In this document: positions 57,546-64,000 of the stretch, in pieces
Layout of the letters: every line of letters starts with the position of its first letter
Numbering within the stretch: the stretch's first letter is position 1
From: the human T2T-CHM13v2.0 reference genome, Homo sapiens
Direction: 5' to 3' (one strand)
NCBI RefSeq assembly: GCF_009914755.1
Contig: NC_060928.1
DNA length: 64,000 bases
Translations under genes and position numbers: made by a program
Notes under the pieces: generated by a model
The model's database searches: none
Told to the model about the DNA's origin: nothing
The model's input: the letters and a program-made list of their open reading frames with translations, nothing else

Positions 57546-57768
57546 AGTTGAAATATGCATATATTTGGCACTTGTTGGGTATAGTCTCCTATACTTGCCA
57601 GTTAGGTATGGAGGATGATCATTATTCAGATCTTTTATGTCTTTGTTGACTTCCCCCCAACTTTTCTATCAGTTGCTGAGAAAGGGGTGTTAAAATCCGT
57701 AACTCTGTGGAATTGTCTGACTTCTTCTTCCAATTCTGTCAATTTTTGCTTTACAAATTTTTTAACAC

Positions 57769-58028
57769 TTTTTTTTTTCGGGATGGAGTCTCACTCTGTC
57801 GCCCAGGCTGGAGTGCAGTCATGTGATCTTGGCACGGGACAATCTCCGCCTCCCAGATTCAAGCGATTCTCGTGCCTTAGCCTCCCAAATAGCTGGAATT
57901 ACAGGCTTCTGCCACCACACCCAGCTAATTTTTGTATTTTTAGTAGAGATGGGGTTTCACCATGTTGGCCAGGCTGGTCTTGAACTCCTGACCTCAGGTG
58001 ACCCACCTGCCTTGGCCTCCCAAAGTGC
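57769..58028 (-). mobile_element. AluSx-like lacking 5' end
   Basis: TGAACTCCTGACCTCAGGTGA; stops at CAAAGTGC. Confidence 0.9.
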
Positions 58029-58060
58029 CCAACAACTTTGTTGAGGTATAATTTACTTTT

Positions 58061-58196
58061 CAGGGTGCTAAGCAGCCTCTCTTAGATTCTCCCTGTGAGA
58101 TCAGTAGCATCCCCCAGTTGTGACAACCCAAAATGTCTCCAGACATTGCCAAATGTCCTCTTGGGAGCAAAAGGCCCCGTCCCTAAGAACCATTGT
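58061..58196 (-). mobile_element. MER20 partial
   Basis: CCAGTTGTGACAACCCAAAATGTCTCCAGACATTGCCAAATGTCC. Confidence 0.8.
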
Positions 58197-58528
58197 TCCA
58201 GAGTCTATGACTACTGGGAAGTGTGAAGGTAGTTTGTAGCTCCTCATACTCATGCTTAGTTTAGAGTAAATGTGGCTCAAGAATGTAATAGGTCCCCTTA
58301 GTTTTACTCAGACAAATAGAGTAGGCAAAGCTGGTGCAGAGTGTACAGAATTGGGAGAAGGGCAGCACGGTTCTGGAAGCAACTATAGCAGATGAAGGAT
58401 GAAATTCTGGGGCAGGGTAGGCTGGGGGTGGGAGAGGAGATGTCCCACTGGTTATTCTGCAGAGAAGTTCCTGGGCAGGGAAGACTGCTTAGGTGAAGTC
58501 AGCTCAGGTAGGAAGGGATTGATCATTA

Positions 58529-58786
<258 letters not shown>

Positions 58787-58889
58787 CTAGAACTGGGTCT
58801 CCTGCCTCCACATATTAGGCATTGTTTCCCAGCTCTGCTTTATAATTACATCTTTACTGCACACTAACGGCTTTCTGTGGTGGTATTCC

Positions 58890-59407
58890 CAGAGGGATGA
58901 TTTGGGCTGCAAAACTGTAGAAAACCTGACTTAGAATGACCTAGACAACAAGAACATTTATTATCTCAGATTACAAAAAGTCCAGAGGTAAAGTGGCTTC
59001 AGGTTTGGCTAATTCAGGGGATACATGATGTCGCTGGGCATGCAGGTTCTCCTCTTCTTTCTGCTCTTCTATGGTTGGCAGGTTGGCTTGCCTTTGCCCA
59101 ATTCCCTTTATGGCTCTAGAATGTCTGCCACAGCTTTCAACATCACACATAGAGACAACAACTGGCAACAGCAGAAGGAATGAGTTCCTGTATATCTCTA
59201 GCAGAAGGAATGAGTTCCTGTATATCTCTAGCAAAAGGAGGGACCTCTTGTGATTGACCTCCCTGGCCTGGAGCTGGAGCTCAGCTAACCTGAGCTCAGG
59301 TTCTGCAGATCTCCAAACAAAAATGGGTCCTTCAGCAAGGAAGAAATGGAGAACTACTACTGCATAGGCATCCAAGGGTAAAACTGAATTTATTTTAAAC
59401 ACTACAG
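58890..59407 (-). mobile_element. MLT1 (K/L-like) LTR
   Basis: TTTATTATCTCAGATTACAAAAAGTCCAGAGGTA...GCAAGGAAGAAATGG. Confidence 0.55.
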
Positions 59408-59427
59408 TTCTATGGGGAGGCACTATA

Positions 59428-60052
59428 TTTTTTCCTTTTTTTTTTTCTTTTTTTTAAATTATTATACTTTAAGTTCTGGGATACATGTGCAGAACATGCA
59501 GGTTTGTTACATAGGTATACACATGCCATGGGGGTTTGCTGCACCCATCAACCTGTCATCTACATTAGTTATTTCTCCTAATGCTATCCCTCCCCTAGCC
59601 CCCCACCCGCCAACAGGCATGTATGATGTTTCCCTTCCTGTGTCCATGTGTTCTCATTGTTCACCTCCCACTTATGAGTGAGAATATGCGGTATTTGGTT
59701 TTTTCTTCCTGTGTTAGTTTGCTGAGAATTATGGTTTCCAGCTTCATTCATGTCATTGCAAAGGACATGAACTCATCCTCTTTTATGGCTGCATATTCCA
59801 TGGTGTATATGTGCCACATTTTCTTTATCTAGTCTATCATTGATGGGCATTTGGGTTGGTTCCAAGTCTTTGGCCTATTGTGAACAGTGCTGCTATAAAC
59901 ATACGTGTGCATGTGTCTTTATAGTAGAATGATTTATAATCCTTTGAGTATATACCCAGTAGTGAGACTGCTGCATCAAATGGTATTTCTGGTTCTAGAT
60001 CCTTGAGGAATCACCACACTGTCTTCCACAACAGTTGAACTAATTTACACTC
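59428..60052 (-). mobile_element. 5'-truncated L1PA7-like
   Basis: TACATTAGTTATTTCTCCTAATGCTATCCCTCCCCTAGCCCCCCA; degenerate TSD beginning ATGGGG at 59412 and 60053. Confidence 0.9.
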
Positions 60053-60989
60053 ATGGGGCTGTACTATTATTAACTTTGTTTTATAGGTAAGAAAGGTTGG
60101 CTAAGCTAAATGTCTCATCCATGGTCAAGGTCAGCAGGGAAGTGGTAAGGTGAAGATTCAGATAAGAGGTCTGACTTCAGACCCCATGTCTCTTAAGAGT
60201 CATTCTATGCTATAATAATTTACTCCCAACTGCACCACATTATGTGTTCTGGACTGGGCTGCTGCTAGCACCCTGTCTTATTAGTTTTTGGAAATAAACC
60301 ACACTTCAAGGTCCTATCTGAAGAAGCTTTCACAAGTTTTTAAAAAATATAAACACAAAAACTACTAGGAGACTTTTTCCTTTCTTCTTCCTTTCTTCCC
60401 TCTCTCCCTTCATGTCTCCTGACTTACCCTTTCTTGTACTCTTTTTAAGCACCTAAGTCAACAAAACAGATCCTTATGAGGATATCACTCCTCTTGTCTT
60501 AACATCCCACACAGAAATCTGTGGAAATAACTCCTAGGCCACCCAAGAAACTGATACCATTTCTCCAAGGTGCAAATAGTTTGATCATGATGTGTTAAAA
60601 AGGAGTTTCATTGAGCAAAAAAGAAAACCAATAAACATATATTCTGCAACAAACCACAGTAATGTAAAATCCTGCTGTCCTTGATTTTATTTATTATTTA
60701 TTTATTTATTTTAAAAGAGCTTTAGCTTCTGCGTATGTTTAAAAAGGAAGCAGAACAATTCACCAAAGCCGATTCAACAGAAGCTAATTCATTGAGTTTA
60801 CTTGCTTCTGTTAAGTACTTACAGAATGTGCAATGCCATTTCGTAATATAAGGCAGCTTTGGGCAAATTAAGTGTTCGAGCCTTGTCTTTTCTGTCTGAA
60901 CTTAGCGACAATGATGCCTAGTTCTGTGGGCAAAGCTCATGTTCAATGCTAAAGGAGATTATGCAGATTGTATATGTACACATACTATA

Positions 60990-61090
60990 GGGCCAGACTA
61001 TACTGCATACATTGCATATGTAGTATAGTCTACTGTCTACGATGGCCCATTGCATACTACATATGCCTTGTATGTAGTGCTGTCTGGCCC
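60990..61090. repeat. Imperfect inverted repeat (37-bp arms, 27-nt spacer)
   Basis: 31 of 37 positions complementary between 60990-61026 and 61054-61090. Confidence 0.9.
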
Positions 61091-61239
61091 ATGTAGAAAC
61101 TCAGTTTACTTTAGTTCTTGTCATTCTCCAGCTTGGTAATAAGTTACCCATCAGGGATTCTCTTCTCTTGAGTTTCACCTCTACCCCTGCCCCTGATTTA
61201 TGGGTGCATATGTCTGGGAATACCAGATTTCAGTTCTGC

Positions 61240-61590
61240 CATACTTCTTCCTGAGTGTCTCTGATCATGCTACTCTGTGTGTGTGGACCCCCTTCCCACC
61301 ACCCACTCCTGAGTCCCCTTCTCTTAAATAACTCTTGCTCATCCTCCATGTCTTGGCTTAAATCACTTCTTAAGAAAGTCTTCTTTGCCCCTACACCAAG
61401 TCAGGTCCTCCTGTTGAATGCCCTCTTGATACCCTATGCTTCTCCTTCACAGCACTTACTGCATTTGCAATCAAAGTATTGGCATGCTTTATGTCTGCCT
61501 GACATTGGGACCTAAAGCCACAAGAGAGAAAGGACTATGTCTGTCTTGTTTGCAGTTGTATCGGCAGCATATACAACAACTGAATGAGCC
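61240..61590 (+). mobile_element. L2 3' fragment
   Basis: AACTCTTGCTCATCCTCCATGTCTTGGCTTAAATCACTT...CTATGTCTGTCTTGTT. Confidence 0.6.
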
Positions 61591-61999
61591 CCAGGGAGTG
61601 CCCTGCCAACTTTGTCATTTCTGTAAGACGTGAGCTTCAGTTTGAAATACATGAGCATTCCTGTAAAACTGCCTTAGGCCAGGCACAAGGGCACTATGCT
61701 TAGAGTGCCCTGCTCTGGCCAACATCTGGTTGCATCCCTGCCCACTAGGCAAGGAATCTGTGTGCTAAAAGGGTGTGCCCCCAGGAGTCTGTGCTCTCAG
61801 AAGGGACTAAGCTACAGTATCCACACAGCCTTATACCTGGGGAACAATCAAGGAGTAGCTGTTTGCAGTGTGGTAACAGGAGCTTGCACAGAAAGGCTGG
61901 GGGTGTGGGGTAAGACTGGGGCTGGAGGAAAAGTGGGGTAGACTTCAGTTTGTGCCTGGGAATTGATCTTCCTGTGCTGCCATGTTCAGGCTCAACCCT

Positions 62000-62226
62000 C
62001 CAAGGAGTCCAGGAATTCTAATTCACACCTGGCCTTCCAGACCTTAACACAAGTATACTTAACACAAGTATACTCCGACCTGGGAAGGAGTATATGGGAA
62101 GGAGGATATGACCTTTTATTTAATAGTTCGTTAAGTTGATTTATAACTTTTAAATGTTTAGACTGAAAGTAGACAAACCTCCATTTGTACCTTGCCCTAG
62201 TCCTGCAAATGTTGAGGCGTGCCTGC
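62000..62226. mobile_element. MER45-like hAT-Tip100 relic
   Basis: TTTATAACTTTTAAATGTTTAGAC...CCTCCATTTGTACCTTGCCC..GTCCTGCAAATGTT. Confidence 0.5.
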
Positions 62227-63190
62227 CTAGCAGGAGATGGGAGGTTTCTGGGTCCCATTCCTATGTCCCCATTGATCTGGATGCTCCTCCATTGGCCCCA
62301 TGCTTACTTGGGCAGTGGTTGGCAATGTCCCCCAAGGTCTCCCTCTGTTTACAGTTGCCTCTGAGGTAAAGAGTCCCCTCTCAGAACCAGGATGCGGTGG
62401 CAAGCTTCTATCTTTCCTAAACCAGATTTTCATTAGTAGCTAAAGTCCTCATCATAGCAGTGGGATAGGAAAGTGGGAGGAGGTAGGAGGCCACTTCAGT
62501 GAACACCAGGAGACAGGAACCACTGCTCAGAATGCTCAGCTGCAAGAGAGCTCAGGGGTCTAAGAGAGCCCGTCTGTCTTGCCTTGAGACAGACAGAAAA
62601 AGGCAAGACTTTATTTTTATAAGTTAAGACCAATCAGACAGGAAAAATTTTATGAGACCATCCTCAATGGTAAACAGAGGTGGTCAGGGCTCACTACTGA
62701 GTGGAAGCCTAGGGGAAAAAATTGGACTTCCATGAAATGTATTGGATGTTAAACCCACTGAGAAAATGCTATACTTGTAGTTAGGTCAAACACGGAATTA
62801 GCAAAGTAGACACCAAGATGATTTGCCTCAGCATTCTCAAAGCTTCTTAAATATTTTCTCCTAAAAGTAGACTTATTCTGATGTGCTCAGAATGCCGAGG
62901 GACAAGTCAACTAATTCCTCATCACATGGCCACTTCTTTATTATATTTTGGTAGTGGGAGTGCTAAGAGCTTTGTTTTCTCTGGCACTTGGATTTCTATA
63001 AATTACTAGAAATAGCCTGTGGCAGCCAGCCTTTCACTTACTGGGGAGTTAATTGGCTTGTTAGTAAATTATCCAGAATGCTAAGACAACAGCCAGGCCA
63101 GATGAAGAATTTCTGTCTTTGTAGACTGAAACCTCTCTTCCATTTCTTCTGCCTTTGTCAAGATTTAGCTATAGGGAGATACAGAAAGAG

Positions 63191-63217
63191 ACACACACAC
63201 ACACACACACACACACA
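63191..63217. repeat. (CA)n microsatellite
   Basis: Directly visible. Confidence 0.95.
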
Positions 63218-63534
63218 GAGAGATGAAACCTTTACAGCCATATTAGAGATGGACTTTGGAGATAAATGCCCTTCTTGGGGGATAAACAACTTTATAAGCC
63301 TTCTTCCTGTTCGTGAAAATTTCAGGGCTTAGAGATTTGTTTTGTACCATCATCATAAGCTGTGCCATCAATGTATCTTTACTTTTCTGAGCTTCAGATA
63401 TAAAACACTGAAATTTATCCAAGTGTTGAATTGCAATTACATTATTCTTTTCTTCAGAAATCCAAGGACTTTATCTTCCTCTCCAAATAATGTAATGTTT
63501 AAGTTATTTTGCTAATAAAAGATTTTCACCACTC

Positions 63535-63790
63535 TATTTAATGTTATACATGCTGAAGCCCTTGAGGGGAAGTACACTGATGTCTGCAACTTCCTTTGAA
63601 ATACATAAAAAAATAAGATGGATTGGTGAATGCATAGGGGACTGGCTAGCTGGAGAGAACAGTGATAAATCCGGAATAGGAAAATGCTAATTCTAGAATC
63701 TGGGTGTTGGATATGTGAGGGAATCACTGTAAAACTCTTTCATGTTTTTTATATTTTTTATTATTTTCTTAAAAAATGTTAAGTAAAATT
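63535..63790 (+). mobile_element. L1ME-type 3' end
   Basis: GAAGTACACTGATGTCTGCAACTT..TTTGAAAT...CACTGTAAAACTCTTTCA. Confidence 0.7.
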
Positions 63791-64000
63791 TAAAAAGACT
63801 TTTACAAACTCCCTTATTGTGAATAGGCCAACTATTCCCCCAGTCAAAGCATTTGAACTGTTATTAACCTCAAGCTCCATTACACAAATAGCAAGAAACA
63901 AACCAAAAATATTTGAATATTTATGTCTGGTTTAAGATAATTAAAAATGACATTGTGATTTGTCTTTTAATAAAGAAACATTTAACATTTTTATAAGGTC

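Noticed and set aside
58971-59423. 150-aa minus-strand ORF with LLLEIYRNSF repeat
   Set aside because: Lies in an MLT1 relic; the peptide repeat is just the 30-bp duplication

Overview
Hominoid (very probably human) genomic DNA, intergenic or deep intronic, made largely of interspersed repeats. I can support no intact protein-coding gene, RNA gene, CRISPR array or prokaryote-type system. The supplied ORFs are decayed L1 ORF1/ORF2 pieces, Alu/LTR read-throughs or tandem-repeat artefacts. Main contents: a full-length but dead L1PA8-class element nested in MSTA nested in MLT1; an L1PA7 carrying a MER11 solo LTR nested in MLT1F; a long old antisense L1MC tract peppered with Alus and DNA transposons; a complete LTR12C solo LTR; THE1, MLT1, MER20, MIR and L2 relics. 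The most unusual items are: two sites where an L1 and an Alu inserted at the same target (triplicated TSD); an old inverted ~190-bp local copy at 20951-21136; three Alu arms sharing a non-consensus variant; an 18-bp minisatellite built of CAGGTGAG splice-donor/E-box motifs; and a ~100-bp nested palindrome at 60990-61090. Repeat subfamily names come from my memory of consensus sequences and need RepeatMasker/Dfam confirmation; boundaries of old elements are approximate.
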